IMG/VR virus record: IMGVR_UViG_3300032242_002041
Span: 1 to 64,000 of that record
Strand: one strand, 5' to 3'
DNA: 64,000 bases
In this document: in pieces, positions 1 through 10,900 of the stretch
Layout of the letters: every line of letters starts with the position of its first letter
How positions within the stretch are numbered: position 1 is the stretch's first letter
Program-made: the position numbers and the translations under genes
The notes under the pieces: generated by a model
The model's input: only the letters and a program-made list of their open reading frames with translations
Told to the model about the DNA's origin: nothing
Databases searched by the model: none

Positions 1-194
1 CCATTTCCAGATCCGCCAGCACCTACTAGGATACCGCCGGCTGTGTTGCCATCTGACACATAGATAGCATTTGTTATGGGATCATACCAGAGTCGTTGTT
101 CTTGTCCTACATAAGTTGCCGCATTGGCATTATTATCTCTACTGGTAAAGAATCTTTGTATCGCTTGTGGATCGTTTGGAATATTGGCCGACAT
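1..194 (-). CDS. Partial virion/fibre protein with an Mtd-N-like N-terminal motif; runs off the window edge
   Basis: Manual translation from ATG at 194: MSANIPNDPQAIQRFFTSRDNNANAATYVGQEQRLWYDPITNAIYVSDGNTAGG. The G-x-x-x-x-LWYD...SDG-x-T-x-GG pattern is typical of phage fibre N-terminal attachment modules. Confidence 0.6.
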   Translation of the reverse strand, partial: MSANIPNDPQAIQRFFTSRDNNANAATYVGQEQRLWYDPITNAIYVSDGNTAGGILVGAGGSGN

Positions 195-205
195 TGATCG
201 ACCCC

Positions 206-607
206 TTAATCGTTGACTACATCGTCATTGCTGAGTTCTTGAATTGCGGCTACAGGAACACCAGCCATACGTTTGATCTTGTCCAACAGATCTTCTTCTG
301 TAGTAGGTGCTTCTGCATTTTCATCGCTTGGATCAGCAGGCGGGCCATCGTCATAAACATTTTCTACGCCAACTGCTTTTTTCAATAGCTCTTGTTTTTG
401 TTGTAATGGTGGAAGGAATAGGTCTTTTGGTTCTTTGTCATTGCCACTGGCTGTAACGCCGTTTGGACTAGCGTGTTCTGTGTCAGTATCAGCTACAACT
501 TCCACATCAATAAGTTCAGCTGGATTTTGAATGCGTGGATCCGGTGTGCCGCCTGCTGCGTGTTCTAAATTGTTGGCTAAAGTGCGTAGTATATCAGCAA
601 TTTTCAT
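206..607 (-). CDS. Hypothetical acidic virion (internal head) protein
   Basis: 133-aa ORF with an AGGA RBS and a TAAATA late motif at 626-631. C-terminal IKRMAG resembles the LKRLAGL end of the scaffold. Confidence 0.6.
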   Translation of the reverse strand: MKIADILRTLANNLEHAAGGTPDPRIQNPAELIDVEVVADTDTEHASPNGVTASGNDKEPKDLFLPPLQQKQELLKKAVGVENVYDDGPPADPSDENAEAPTTEEDLLDKIKRMAGVPVAAIQELSNDDVVND

Positions 608-628
608 AATCTTTTCCTTGTCCTATAT

Positions 629-1021
629 TTACCTTGGATAGCCCTTGAATCCTGTAACAGGACTGCGTGTATCTACGTCTGTGGCTTCTTCACTGGCCAT
701 AGTACCAATTTGAACTGCGTCACTAGGTGGCATGCCCATGGCTCTTAGTGCATCATGAATATAATCAACCACATGCGGATCATAACTTACTACGATTTCG
801 TTTTCGCCAAACACTGATTCTTTACCGTCAAATGGCGGAACTCCATCTTCACGACGTTGTTTAGCACCCTTGGCGCCAGCAATAGCCACACCAAAACGAT
901 ATTGCAAGTACGGGTCTTGATTTTTTAGTGCAGGAATTTTAAATGCACCAGGAAGAGCACGTCCTACGTCTGCGGTAAATGATCCTGTACGACCTTCACC
1001 AATGAACTCTCTGGCTCTCAT
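629..1021 (-). CDS. Putative internal head protein, paralogue of 1018..1401
   Basis: Starts MRAREFIGE and ends SPVTGFKGYPR, both shared with the neighbouring ORF. Confidence 0.65.
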   Translation of the reverse strand: MRAREFIGEGRTGSFTADVGRALPGAFKIPALKNQDPYLQYRFGVAIAGAKGAKQRREDGVPPFDGKESVFGENEIVVSYDPHVVDYIHDALRAMGMPPSDAVQIGTMASEEATDVDTRSPVTGFKGYPR

Positions 1022-1401
1022 CTTGGATAACCTTTGAATCCTTTAACTGGGCTAACTTTGTGTGTTTCTGGGTGCTCGTTACTACGATGGTCTGTGACCA
1101 CATGATGAGCATCTGCGCCAATAGTTTTCATAGCACCGTGAATCATGTTGTCTTCTTCTTTGGTATAGGGATGTGCTGTATTGTATTTTTCAACCCAACT
1201 TGCTGGATCCATTTGGCTCCGTGGAATAGCTTTTTTTGTTTTACCGTCATGCATTGCAGCAGCCATCATCATACGATTCATATGATTGGTGCGATCGTAG
1301 CCTCCGTTATCGCGCATGATATGTGCGCCTGGCATTGAATTGTCGTGGCCGCCTGGAATTTTGCCCTTGCGGTCCTCGGAGATGAACTCACAGGCTCGCA
1401 C
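1018..1401 (-). CDS. Putative internal head protein, paralogue of 629..1021
   Basis: GTG start. Begins MRACEFISE and ends SPVKGFKGYPR. Confidence 0.65.
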   Translation of the reverse strand: MRACEFISEDRKGKIPGGHDNSMPGAHIMRDNGGYDRTNHMNRMMMAAAMHDGKTKKAIPRSQMDPASWVEKYNTAHPYTKEEDNMIHGAMKTIGADAHHVVTDHRSNEHPETHKVSPVKGFKGYPR

Positions 1402-1403
1402 CG

Positions 1404-1697
1404 TTAAACTCCAGAGGAGTTAAAAACGCTGTGTTGTGCTGAACTTTGTGTGCCTAGTGCTTTGGCAGTAAATGTAGTTCCAGCTATGATAAGGTAGTTA
1501 CCAGATCCAACATAAATTTGTTTGACTGTTCCATTAGGAACACCAACTACGTTAGCATACAGATTACCTGCTGGGGCAGCATTACCTAACCCAGTGGCAA
1601 ATACTTGATAGGTAACATCGGCACTTTTAGACTCTATTTCTGCTTTGTCTGTTGTCCACAATACATTACCTGCGGCATTAATAACTTGTACGCTCAT
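1404..1697 (-). CDS. Hypothetical small beta-rich virion protein
   Basis: 97-aa ORF tightly packed in the late operon. Confidence 0.6.
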   Translation of the reverse strand: MSVQVINAAGNVLWTTDKAEIESKSADVTYQVFATGLGNAAPAGNLYANVVGVPNGTVKQIYVGSGNYLIIAGTTFTAKALGTQSSAQHSVFNSSGV

Positions 1698-1702
1698 TTT
1701 GA

Positions 1703-3514
1703 TTAACCTTTATAATTTTTCCAAGTCTTGAACAAGCTACGCTCAAGCTCAACTGACTCTTCCATACTGGCCTGGCGACGTAACTGGCTAGCAACTACAG
1801 GAACGGTTGTTTGACCTGTTGACTTAGGACCATTTAGGCCGCCGCTGTATGTGCGTAGGTTAGGTTCTGCCTCAAGTGTTTCTTTATCTGTAGGCCAATC
1901 TGGATTGTTCAACGTTTCATCTGTGTCGCCGTAGGCTTCTTCAACTGTTTCATCGCAACTGCATGGTGTATTACCACATCCGCAAGATTCAGCGGACTGA
2001 CCGTGTAGACCTGCCATTTTTAACAGGGCGGCCAACTGATCAGCTTCTTCGCCTTCGGCACTAACAGTAATACTCTTACGAGTTTCACCATCTTCACCAG
2101 CGTTCATGTTTACACTGACGTTCATAGTTTCTGTAATCATTGATTCAACACGATTATTAAAACCTTCGTATACACCTTTACCAAACTGCATACCTTTGCC
2201 GGCTTTAGGTGCGGCATTGGCCACAGGTGCTACACTACCGGCTACTGTTGTTTCGTCAACTTTTTCTTCTTTGTCTTTAGAGGCTTTTTTCATAGGTTCT
2301 TTACGATCACCATCTTTATCTAAATCTAAAAAGTCTGGCTTGCCACCTTCCTTAACTTTCTTAGGTAAGCCTTTTTCTTTAGTAGCGGCAAAGTCGTGTG
2401 TGTCACCAGGTTTCATTGACTTGGCAACTTTTTTCAACTCTGGACTTGCGCCTTTGATTTTTTCACCTTTTTGGATAGCGTGTGCCATGCCCATAAACTT
2501 GCGTTGAGCTTTGCTTACGGCTTTTTCTGGAATAACTGTTGTAATCCCTTCTTCACCTGTGTGTTGTTCAACATCACGCTCGTGTGTGCTCAAGATATAA
2601 TCAGTAACACTACTCATCATACCTTTGATCTGTCCAATTTTTTCCTGTACCCACTCTGGCAGGTTCTCATTGCTACGCAAGGCACGCTCGAGTTCTTTTG
2701 CACTACGAACAATAGTATGCAAACTATCTTTGGCCATACCTGTTTCGTCATTATACTCACCTTGCTCGCCAGGATTAACATCCTCACTGCTCATGTTACT
2801 AGGGCGTGTCATCATAACTCCATCGCTATCAAGAGCTTCTTTAGTTTTGGTTTTGCGTTCGCCTTTGTGCTTCCAAGCACCTTTGGTTGTACGCTCTGGA
2901 CCTTTATCCTTGCCTTTTGGACGTCCTTTTTTCTTAGGAGCATCACTCTTAACTTCGTCATCTTTATCTTCTTCATCGTCGTGCTTGCGGGTATATGTTG
3001 TAGCTTTCATTCCGCCTGGCAAGGTGCGTTCTTTTTTATCAAATTTACCTGTGCCTTTTTCTTTTTCACGACTGGCCAACCAAGCATCCATGTCAGCAAA
3101 ACCTTCTTCAATGCTACTTGTATCTGTAAATTCTTTTCCACCTACTTTGAACTTGCCGCCCTTTGGTGTCTTTGCTAGTGCGCCAGTAAATGCATTACCT
3201 TCGTCAGTCATGCCAGTGCTTTCTTTAGGATGACGTAACTTATTCAATACCGCACCGGCAACACGCTCACCAGCCTCTTTACTGCCATAACGTTCGGCAG
3301 CACCTTTGGCAATCTTGCTAAAGTTCTTGCCAGGCTTGCCTAAATCTTTACCAGCACGGCCGGCCTTGGCACTGTAACCTGCTTCGGCTACTTCCAACGA
3401 TTCAGCTAATCTACTTTTAGGTGCAACAGCTTTTGCTTGTTCTGCAATATGTTGAGCATCTTGTTTATCAGCCAATGCGGCCAATCTCTTGTTTAGGTCA
3501 TGGAAAAATGTCAT
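1703..3514 (-). CDS. Large charged internal head protein, probable prohead-protease substrate
   Basis: 603 aa, low complexity and K/E-rich, with many hydrophobic-x-E sites, an AT-hook-like KKKGRPKGK and a DLDKDGD motif. Confidence 0.65.
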   Translation of the reverse strand: MTFFHDLNKRLAALADKQDAQHIAEQAKAVAPKSRLAESLEVAEAGYSAKAGRAGKDLGKPGKNFSKIAKGAAERYGSKEAGERVAGAVLNKLRHPKESTGMTDEGNAFTGALAKTPKGGKFKVGGKEFTDTSSIEEGFADMDAWLASREKEKGTGKFDKKERTLPGGMKATTYTRKHDDEEDKDDEVKSDAPKKKGRPKGKDKGPERTTKGAWKHKGERKTKTKEALDSDGVMMTRPSNMSSEDVNPGEQGEYNDETGMAKDSLHTIVRSAKELERALRSNENLPEWVQEKIGQIKGMMSSVTDYILSTHERDVEQHTGEEGITTVIPEKAVSKAQRKFMGMAHAIQKGEKIKGASPELKKVAKSMKPGDTHDFAATKEKGLPKKVKEGGKPDFLDLDKDGDRKEPMKKASKDKEEKVDETTVAGSVAPVANAAPKAGKGMQFGKGVYEGFNNRVESMITETMNVSVNMNAGEDGETRKSITVSAEGEEADQLAALLKMAGLHGQSAESCGCGNTPCSCDETVEEAYGDTDETLNNPDWPTDKETLEAEPNLRTYSGGLNGPKSTGQTTVPVVASQLRRQASMEESVELERSLFKTWKNYKG

Positions 3515-3518
3515 CGTA

Positions 3519-4127
3519 TTATCCCTTTAGGTTTGCGCCGGTAGCCGGGCGTGGTGGTCTCTTGACCTTGGTCATTGGGCTGTCATTGCCCATTGGTAAA
3601 TCATTTGTAGTTTTTGCAGGCGGTGTCTTGCCACCGGCCACAGTAAAGTCACTGCGATATGCATTCTTTAATACAGCATGCTCATCGTAAGGTGCTGAGT
3701 AATCTTTACTCAAGGCCCGTTGTGCGGCATCGGGTGCAGGATAATCTGTGTCGGTCAACAGGTCTTTATTTTCGTCTTCGACTCGTTTACGTTCACTGTC
3801 CATACCTTCTTCGTGTGGTGTGGTCAACATGATGATACGATTGGGATCCAAGAACAACAGTTGAGCAATCTGCTTGATCTGTGGCTCAATTGCTGGATAA
3901 CGGAACTCTACATCAATGCTGGTTACACTATCGTTGCTGTGCTTAGGAAAGTCAGCTGGGCTCATTTGAACCGGTGTAGTTTTTGGTCGGCTAAACTTGA
4001 CTGTGTCAAACTGTTTGCATTTTTCTTCTAGCGCCTTGACGAAATCAGGTGCTATGTCACCTACAATTTTGATTCTATAGTTGTAGGTTCTTTCGCTTTC
4101 TGCGAGGTATTGTTGAAAATTTTTCAT
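3519..4127 (-). CDS. Hypothetical virion protein
   Basis: 202 aa. The MKNFQQYLAE N-terminus is a typical T4-like capsid-targeting/cleavage signature. TAAATA motif at 4146-4151. Confidence 0.65.
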   Translation of the reverse strand: MKNFQQYLAESERTYNYRIKIVGDIAPDFVKALEEKCKQFDTVKFSRPKTTPVQMSPADFPKHSNDSVTSIDVEFRYPAIEPQIKQIAQLLFLDPNRIIMLTTPHEEGMDSERKRVEDENKDLLTDTDYPAPDAAQRALSKDYSAPYDEHAVLKNAYRSDFTVAGGKTPPAKTTNDLPMGNDSPMTKVKRPPRPATGANLKG

Positions 4128-4148
4128 ATTTGTATCCCTATATGATAT

Positions 4149-4655
4149 TTATGCTTTGTCATTGTTTTGGTCTCTTGACATCATCAAGCGTTCCAATAAA
4201 TCATTACGACTTAGTACTTGTCCGTGTGCTGTTTCTACAGCTTCTTCTGGTGCATTTTTAGCCGCATCTTGATCTAACTTTAACTTTTTCATCTGTAGAT
4301 CAACCATTTTTAACTTTTTATTAAGTTTGGCTGTTTTGGCAGTGATTGCATGGCCCAACATGGTGCTGGCCACAGCAAATATTTCACTTGAATAGCGACT
4401 ATCAACCTGCATACCCAAGTTCATTAGATCATCAAATGTTTCTGTGGCTTTAGCTGCCAGGTCATCCATTTCACCGTCGCTAGCATCTAGTCCTCGAACT
4501 GCCGGTAGTGCTAGATCAATTTTGTCAATGGCAAGATCAATATTTGCCATTGTAGTTTTATTTTCTTCTATGGTAGGTGCCGGCGTTTCAACGGGATTTG
4601 TAGTAGTGGGTTCTAGCTGGTCGAATTGAAAAAGTTCTTCTAATTTTTTTGTCAT
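4149..4655 (-). CDS. Helical protein, possibly terminase small subunit
   Basis: 168 aa with a helical/coiled-coil pattern, a late promoter and a position near the head-completion gene. Function is inferred only. Confidence 0.4.
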   Translation of the reverse strand: MTKKLEELFQFDQLEPTTTNPVETPAPTIEENKTTMANIDLAIDKIDLALPAVRGLDASDGEMDDLAAKATETFDDLMNLGMQVDSRYSSEIFAVASTMLGHAITAKTAKLNKKLKMVDLQMKKLKLDQDAAKNAPEEAVETAHGQVLSRNDLLERLMMSRDQNNDKA

Positions 4656-5239
4656 AGTGTATTTATGGGTGATTTTTTAGGGTTTAAAATAGTCCATCCT
4701 CTATGATGTTTGAAATGGCCGTTATTCACACCACTCATCTTTGTGTATAGCAACCCTTGTTCTTTGCATCCTTGTTTTAGGCTTTCATATGTGTACTGTA
4801 CACCCTCTGGTGAAATTAGTATAATAGATTTACATGGACCTTTTAATCCAGTGACTCCTTTGTTCCACGGTGCATAGCCTTCTTGTTTAATGCGATCCCA
4901 GCCTGCCTTCATAGCATCAATGTGTTCTATGGGTCTGGGTTTTCCTTTATGCATACCAGGAACCCCGCCACCTTCACCTGTTTCTGGTTTCAAATTGGCC
5001 CAGTCTGGTGAGTCTACTACATTCCAGAGTTTGCTGTAGTATTCTCCTCGAGTTTGTATTTCATTATGATTTGCTGTTTCAAACAAAACTTCAGTGTTTA
5101 CATCATTGCCGTGTTTTTTAAGATGGGCGATCCATCTTACTCCAGAACCCTTATATTTGTAGGGATTTTTGCGTGTAAAACCAAGATATTTTATATTTGT
5201 TGTTTTATGAGTTTTTTTATAAAGATAATATGTTGTCAT
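4652..5239 (-). CDS. Free-standing GIY-YIG (Seg-like) homing endonuclease
   Basis: YYLYKK...KYLGFT...YKGSG N-terminal nuclease motif, followed by NUMOD-like PWNKG and YESLKQGC DNA-binding segments. Confidence 0.8.
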   Translation of the reverse strand: MTTYYLYKKTHKTTNIKYLGFTRKNPYKYKGSGVRWIAHLKKHGNDVNTEVLFETANHNEIQTRGEYYSKLWNVVDSPDWANLKPETGEGGGVPGMHKGKPRPIEHIDAMKAGWDRIKQEGYAPWNKGVTGLKGPCKSIILISPEGVQYTYESLKQGCKEQGLLYTKMSGVNNGHFKHHRGWTILNPKKSPINTL

Positions 5240-5267
5240 ACAACTATTTAGTATGACTTTGCATAAT

Positions 5268-5699
5268 TTACTTTTTACCGTTACGGAAAATATCGTCTTC
5301 GGTAATTACTCGGAAGGTTAATCCATTGCGCTGGCACCATTTTTGAGCACTCGACCACTTGGCATAGTTTACTGCTACAATAGCACGATCGCGATCCGTT
5401 GCTTTGCTTTCAATCAGGCTTTGTTTTTTTGGTTTGATTTCAATTAGTTCAGCTCGGGTAGTGTTATCGGGGCCACGATAAGTCACTAGAAAATCTGGAA
5501 TATACATGCTGGGCTTACCGGTCAAAGGATTACGATAAGGTATTGCAATACTTTCGCTGGCCCACTGTAGAATATTATCGTTTGAATCTAAGAACATCAT
5601 AAAAGTAAGTTCCCAGCCTGACCGATAACGGGGTGTTCCTTTACCCACATATTTGGCAGTATTTTTTACAGTGTAGGCGCCTTGACGAAAATTAGGCAC
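5268..5699 (-). CDS. Head completion nuclease (T4 gp4-like, TnsA-type PD-(D/E)XK)
   Basis: YRSGWE, WASE, YIPDF, IEIKP and KW...FRVITEDD motifs. Confidence 0.9.
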   Translation of the reverse strand: MPNFRQGAYTVKNTAKYVGKGTPRYRSGWELTFMMFLDSNDNILQWASESIAIPYRNPLTGKPSMYIPDFLVTYRGPDNTTRAELIEIKPKKQSLIESKATDRDRAIVAVNYAKWSSAQKWCQRNGLTFRVITEDDIFRNGKK

Positions 5700-5702
5700 G
5701 GC

Positions 5703-6062
5703 TTAAATCCTAATGTTGTGAGCTACGTAATAGTTGGGCTGTGTAGGTACATTAAGGCCTAACAAGGTACTTCTACTACGAATACCATTTAGATAGTAGG
5801 CCAAGGTCAATGTAATTTGTGGAGCAGCTTGTCCTTGAAACTGTTGTAGTAATGTCATTGCAGGAATGTTGGTTGCATGGCTGATACGGAATACTGCCAC
5901 AGTCATATTGCCCGCGGCTTCTCTAGAACCAAATACTGATTTAAAATAACTCAAGATTGCATCATAGGCATCCACTGGCACTTGTTGTTGATAGCCATAG
6001 AATCGATCAAATATTTGAACAGTTTGATCTATACTGCGATTAGGTACGTTTACTGAAGCCAC
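5703..6062 (-). CDS. Hypothetical tail/baseplate-region protein
   Basis: 119-aa ORF with a GTG start, between the tube paralogue and gp4. Confidence 0.6.
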   Translation of the reverse strand: MASVNVPNRSIDQTVQIFDRFYGYQQQVPVDAYDAILSYFKSVFGSREAAGNMTVAVFRISHATNIPAMTLLQQFQGQAAPQITLTLAYYLNGIRSRSTLLGLNVPTQPNYYVAHNIRI

Positions 6063-6064
6063 AA

Positions 6065-7258
6065 TTATCCTTCACCGTACGCACTGGCATCTGCGGCATT
6101 TACGGTACCATCAGCATTGTAACTGGCAGTTATCGGATTAGGTGGTGCTGGAAACAAGAATCCACCAACTGCCCCAGCAGCTTGTCGTGCAGCATCTATA
6201 CTTCCACCAGCCAATGCTGGAGCCAAATTTTGTAGTATGTTTTGTGTATACGCACCAGATCCTGCCAGTGCAGCACCTGCAAATGCTGACGCAGTTGGAA
6301 CCAGACCTTGACCAACTGCCCCGATGACATTTTGTAAAGTGTTGTTGCCCTGAGCCAGTGCTTGTAAATCTTGTTTGGACCCAGCTGGAATATAAGTGCT
6401 GCCCGAAGGGGCTATTGGACTCTTTTCGGTATCGTAGTGTGCTGGGTCAGCAAAATTAGTAACCTGTTCGCTTGGTGTATCGCCGCCAATGTTTCCAGAA
6501 AAATATTTTACAGCTTCGTAACGTATGCTCATGGTATGTGTTACTATTCCGTTGCCCTGAGCATAGTCATAGGTATCATGCGTCCATTCACTTATCAGTG
6601 GATTAATCATGGTATACTGGGCATAGGTCTTTTGTGACAGACCGTAGATGGTAATGTCGCGGAAGAATGGTTCAACTCCGCTGGCAGGTCCAGTCAACAG
6701 GGCCGATGATAAACTTTGTAATGAAGGGTTTGTGTATCCTTGACCGCTGAGGCCCCAGTGTTGAACTGTTCGAACTGGGTTATAGATGTCGTTAGAGGGA
6801 TAACTAAATCCACTCATTAAGGTATCAATTTGCCCCAGGGTTCCTGATTGATTAGGAGTATTACCATAGGCATAGATTGGATCACTGTAGTAGTATTGAT
6901 AATATTGGTACCACATGTTGCGTATAAGATCGCTGTTGTCATCGTTAAATACTATCTGTGCTGGATTGTAATTGATTTTTTTCTGAATCAGTCGTTTTCT
7001 ATTGTACTGATTCATTGCGTCTACTTCAATTTGATAGCTGGGCAACTGTGCAGTTTTGACCATAAGACTAATCACACTTGATTTGCCGCCAGAAATTAAA
7101 TTTGATACCGCTGGTATATTGGTGTTTAAATTAAAATAAACATGAAATAGATACTTGTTTCTGGGAAGATATTGATAGCTTCCGCCACTTACAAAAGTTT
7201 TAGAGGCGTGTGTATAATCTCTTAACCCTTGTCCAGGCGGAAATGGTTGTAACGACAT
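6065..7258 (-). CDS. Tail tube-like protein (gp19/gp48/gp54 superfamily; tube initiator)
   Basis: PRNKYLFHVYF, VKTAQLPS, YNPAQIVFNDD and MSIRYE segments parallel the adjacent tube protein. Confidence 0.7.
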   Translation of the reverse strand: MSLQPFPPGQGLRDYTHASKTFVSGGSYQYLPRNKYLFHVYFNLNTNIPAVSNLISGGKSSVISLMVKTAQLPSYQIEVDAMNQYNRKRLIQKKINYNPAQIVFNDDNSDLIRNMWYQYYQYYYSDPIYAYGNTPNQSGTLGQIDTLMSGFSYPSNDIYNPVRTVQHWGLSGQGYTNPSLQSLSSALLTGPASGVEPFFRDITIYGLSQKTYAQYTMINPLISEWTHDTYDYAQGNGIVTHTMSIRYEAVKYFSGNIGGDTPSEQVTNFADPAHYDTEKSPIAPSGSTYIPAGSKQDLQALAQGNNTLQNVIGAVGQGLVPTASAFAGAALAGSGAYTQNILQNLAPALAGGSIDAARQAAGAVGGFLFPAPPNPITASYNADGTVNAADASAYGEG

Positions 7259-7264
7259 TGGCTA

Positions 7265-7888
7265 TTAGTTTGGATTTGATACGCCAGTTGCTGTGCCAGG
7301 TTTTTCTGTAGTCTCAATTTGAGAAGCATTGTCAAATCTAATAGTCATACTAACTGACATTGGCTCATTGGTGCCATAGTTAGCATCGTTATAGTTAACA
7401 GTTTGTAGATAGCAACCATACATTTCCCATGTTTCAAGAACAATCGGAACATTGGTGCCGTTGCCGCCATCTAAGACCTGGAATGTTGTTTGAAACTTAT
7501 AATTAATACCAGAAGCAGCACTTGACATTTCCGCAAAATCTAATTGTTTCTGTAACTGACTACCAATTACTCTTGAAATATTGCCGCCTGCATCGTCACG
7601 AACTTGGCAGGTAATATCTTGCCAGCTGTATTTGCCTGCAATTTTTACTGTACTGTTGTAAACAGGCAAATCAATGTTCTCAAACTGAACTTGCGGACGA
7701 GTAAAGTCCATTACTTGTCTGGTTACTTCTAATGTTTCACCAGGTCCGTAAGTTCCTATTCCTTGAAATTGAACGCGAAAGCGATATTTTAGCTTTGGCA
7801 TCAAGAGGGTTTGATTTCCAAGGCTTGAATCGCTTCCTGGTAACCCACCGGTGTAAACTGACATTTTTTGTAGTGATGCTGTTGGCAT
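7265..7888 (-). CDS. Tail tube protein (gp19-like)
   Basis: PKLKYRFRV, AGKYSWQDIT..RDD, WEMYGC and MTIRFD motifs. Lies directly after the sheath gene. Confidence 0.9.
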   Translation of the reverse strand: MPTASLQKMSVYTGGLPGSDSSLGNQTLLMPKLKYRFRVQFQGIGTYGPGETLEVTRQVMDFTRPQVQFENIDLPVYNSTVKIAGKYSWQDITCQVRDDAGGNISRVIGSQLQKQLDFAEMSSAASGINYKFQTTFQVLDGGNGTNVPIVLETWEMYGCYLQTVNYNDANYGTNEPMSVSMTIRFDNASQIETTEKPGTATGVSNPN

Positions 7889-7909
7889 TTTTATCTTCCT
7901 ATATAAGTG

Positions 7910-7915
7910 TATTTA
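7910..7915 (-). promoter_or_regulatory. T4-type late promoter TAAATA (tail tube)
   Basis: CATAAATA followed by an AGGAAG RBS leader. Confidence 0.75.
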
Positions 7916-7948
7916 TGGTATCAAAATTGAGTTTCAACTCAACGCTAG

Positions 7949-10900
7949 TTAAGCCGAGGCCTGCGCCGCAATAGTTCCTGTATTTTGAATACGCATTGGT
8001 ATGTAGATAAACTCTACTGCCTTAACTGGTTCAATAGCAATATCAACATAAAGTTCGTTACGATCAATGGTAGACGGAGTATTGTTTGTTGTATCGCAAA
8101 CAACCAAATAGTCATAGAGAGCACGTTTGCCCACTAACTCAACCATAAGCGATGTAATTTGCGCTGCGATTGAACTACGAGTAATTGTGTCATTGGGTTC
8201 AAACAAATACTGATTACCAATGACCTCTAATCGACCACGTAAGTATGCTACTAGACGTGCTACGTTGATACGATCAAGTGCTGTAGCAGCACCTTGTAGG
8301 GTATGGTTGCCAAAGTTAGTGATACCAGTTCCAGGAATGAATGTAATTGGATTAACATCATTCTGATATAAAACATCACGTAGTCCTTGGTTAACGCCCA
8401 ATGGTGTGAATTCGCCAGTTTGAGCCATTAAGTAACCAATTTGCAATGCATTGTCCACTACGCCGCGACGTAAACCAGCTGGAGCAAACCATGGATATGC
8501 CACTGCGTCTGAACGAATAATTGTACGAATCATCATATGACTTGGTGCGGTAACTACAACATTACCTGTCAAGTCAGTTGTAGTGCAACTTGGATAGAAC
8601 GCGGCACTGTATGCATCGCCGGTGGCCAAATTACCGTCAGCAAATGGTTGTCCTAGACCGTTGTTGTTAGTGGCCCAAGCCACTACATCAGCTGGATCTA
8701 AACGCAATGGTGTATCGACTACGCTAAATGCTGTATCACCACGATCATTGTTGAGAACACGCATTTCTGGTGCCAATTCTGGATATTGTGGGCAAGCAAT
8801 TAAGTTAAACTGTGCTTGTTGTTCACGCAATTGTGTACTGGTATCAATAGCTGCTCTTAGTGCCTGAACAATCAAGGCACGTTGAGCATGGCGACCCATG
8901 TTAGCAGCACCATCGGCGCGATTACCACTTGCTGTTACCCAGGCATTGGTTTGACTAGGCAATACATCTGGATACGGGAACGTTGTGGCGTTGAAGTAGT
9001 TAACCTGGAATGACTTAACATTAAATCCACTACGACGTGTATTCCACAACAGGATACCCTCTGGATACAATAATGGATTTGGTGCGTCAAGATCCAAATA
9101 GTCGCTGGTGATCAAAGGTGTTGAACCTGTAGCGATTGGAGGAATAGGATCTGTAATTGGATTAGTTGTGCCGTTAGGTGCCCAACGTGCATCTGCAAAC
9201 AAAATACCATTGATTGTGGTTTGATCAGCAGTACTAATCTGTACCCACTGATCTTGACCACTTACATTTTCCCAACGGCTGATTATAGGATAATTTTCCA
9301 AATCACTGGTGTTGATCCATAAGTCGCCATAGACCAATGGGCTTTCGGCTGTATCAGTCTGTGTAGTTGGTGCTGTGGCACTGAATATTGGGCCAGCAGC
9401 GTTAGTGGTACTTAAATTGTAACCACGAACATCGTTGGTAACGTTTTGATAACCTACCCAAGCTCCATTATTTTGAATCATAATGTCGGCTGTGGTAGCA
9501 TCACTGTAATACCAGAGTGTTCCGTCAGCTGGATTGATTTCAGGAGGACTGCCTGCAGCTATGTAAGTAAATGCTGGACTTCCAATCCAGTTACTCAAAG
9601 TAATACCGGCTACTGAACCATCAACATAAGTATCACGAACACCGGCAACTGTTGTAGTGAATCCAGCATCAGTTAATGGACTATTTGTACCATCAACTAG
9701 ATAAATGTCGCCGCCTGTGGAGTGTGTAAACACTATAGCACCAGCATTATTAACTGCGGCGCTAACATTGTCAATCATTGCAGCACTTACTGCCTGACAG
9801 AAATCAGCAACAGTAGTACCAGTAATGGTAATTGTTACTGGAGTTGTTGGTGTAGCTGTTTGTGGCTCTGTTGCTGATAAAGTAAATGTAGATCCATTAA
9901 CAAATGTTGGACTAGATACAGAAGCAGTAATAACAGTGGAGCCAGCAGCACTGCGCTCAAGAATTAACAATCCTGAAGTACTACTATTCAATGGATCAAT
10001 TTGTGCATAAGTAGTGCCAGCTGGAATACTCTGACCACCGTTAGCAGGATCTAAACCGTATAGTGCGGCTGAATCATTGGCATAAACTGGGCAACTTTGT
10101 AATACATAGGTACCCAAAGTGCTGTTATAACGCTTGACTTCTGGCAACATTCCCTGATTAACAAGGTTAGTTTGCTGAAATACTGATCCAGTAGGAGCTG
10201 GCATAGCCTGTCCTGTTCTCCAGCGTGGAGCGGCATAGTTAGGACCAAAATCATACTGTGGAGCATAGTATTCACCAGTAGTGAGTCCTAATGTAGCCAA
10301 TGCTGTGCCAGTATAGTTACTGATATAAACCACACCGCCATTGGCAGCAGAGTTTACAATAGTTCCACCTGACACATAGGAAGCTGTTGTGGTGTTAGCA
10401 TAAGATACAGATGTAGTTGTACAGGCTGTTACAGTATATGTTCCGTTGTAACCGGCTGGATTGATGCCAGCAACTGTGATTGAATCGCCAACTACATAAG
10501 GAGCAGTAGCTTGTGCTGTAAAGGTCAATGTTGCCACAGACCCTGTTCCTGTTGCACCAGTTACTACTACGTTATCTCCAGATGCCATACTGTCTGCGTA
10601 CAGAGTTAATTTTCCGCCAATGTTGGCAGCATAAACACCACTGGTGTTAAGCGCACTATTGATCTGTCCAGCCAAATACTGAACTGTATTGTTAGGAGCG
10701 CCAGCTACTGTAATATTTGTGCCATTAATTCTAATTACACTACCAGGAGTAATACTTGTAGGTGCTAGTGTGCCTTGTACAGTTGGCCAAGATGTTTTCC
10801 ATTCATCGCTTCCAATTTGTACCCAAGTGTTGTATAACTCTTCGGCTGTTAGCGCATCTTGTTGCCAACCAGGAGCCTGTGTAAGTCCGTTGACAGTAGT

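Noticed and set aside
1-194. Diversity-generating retroelement suggested by the Mtd-like N-terminus
   Set aside because: No reverse transcriptase and no TR/VR pair with adenine-specific mismatches is visible in the window.
2106-3233. Long plus-strand ORFs opposite the 603-aa gene (and 48721..49302 opposite the core gene)
   Set aside because: Their composition mirrors the charged sense-strand proteins, and they have no independent motifs.
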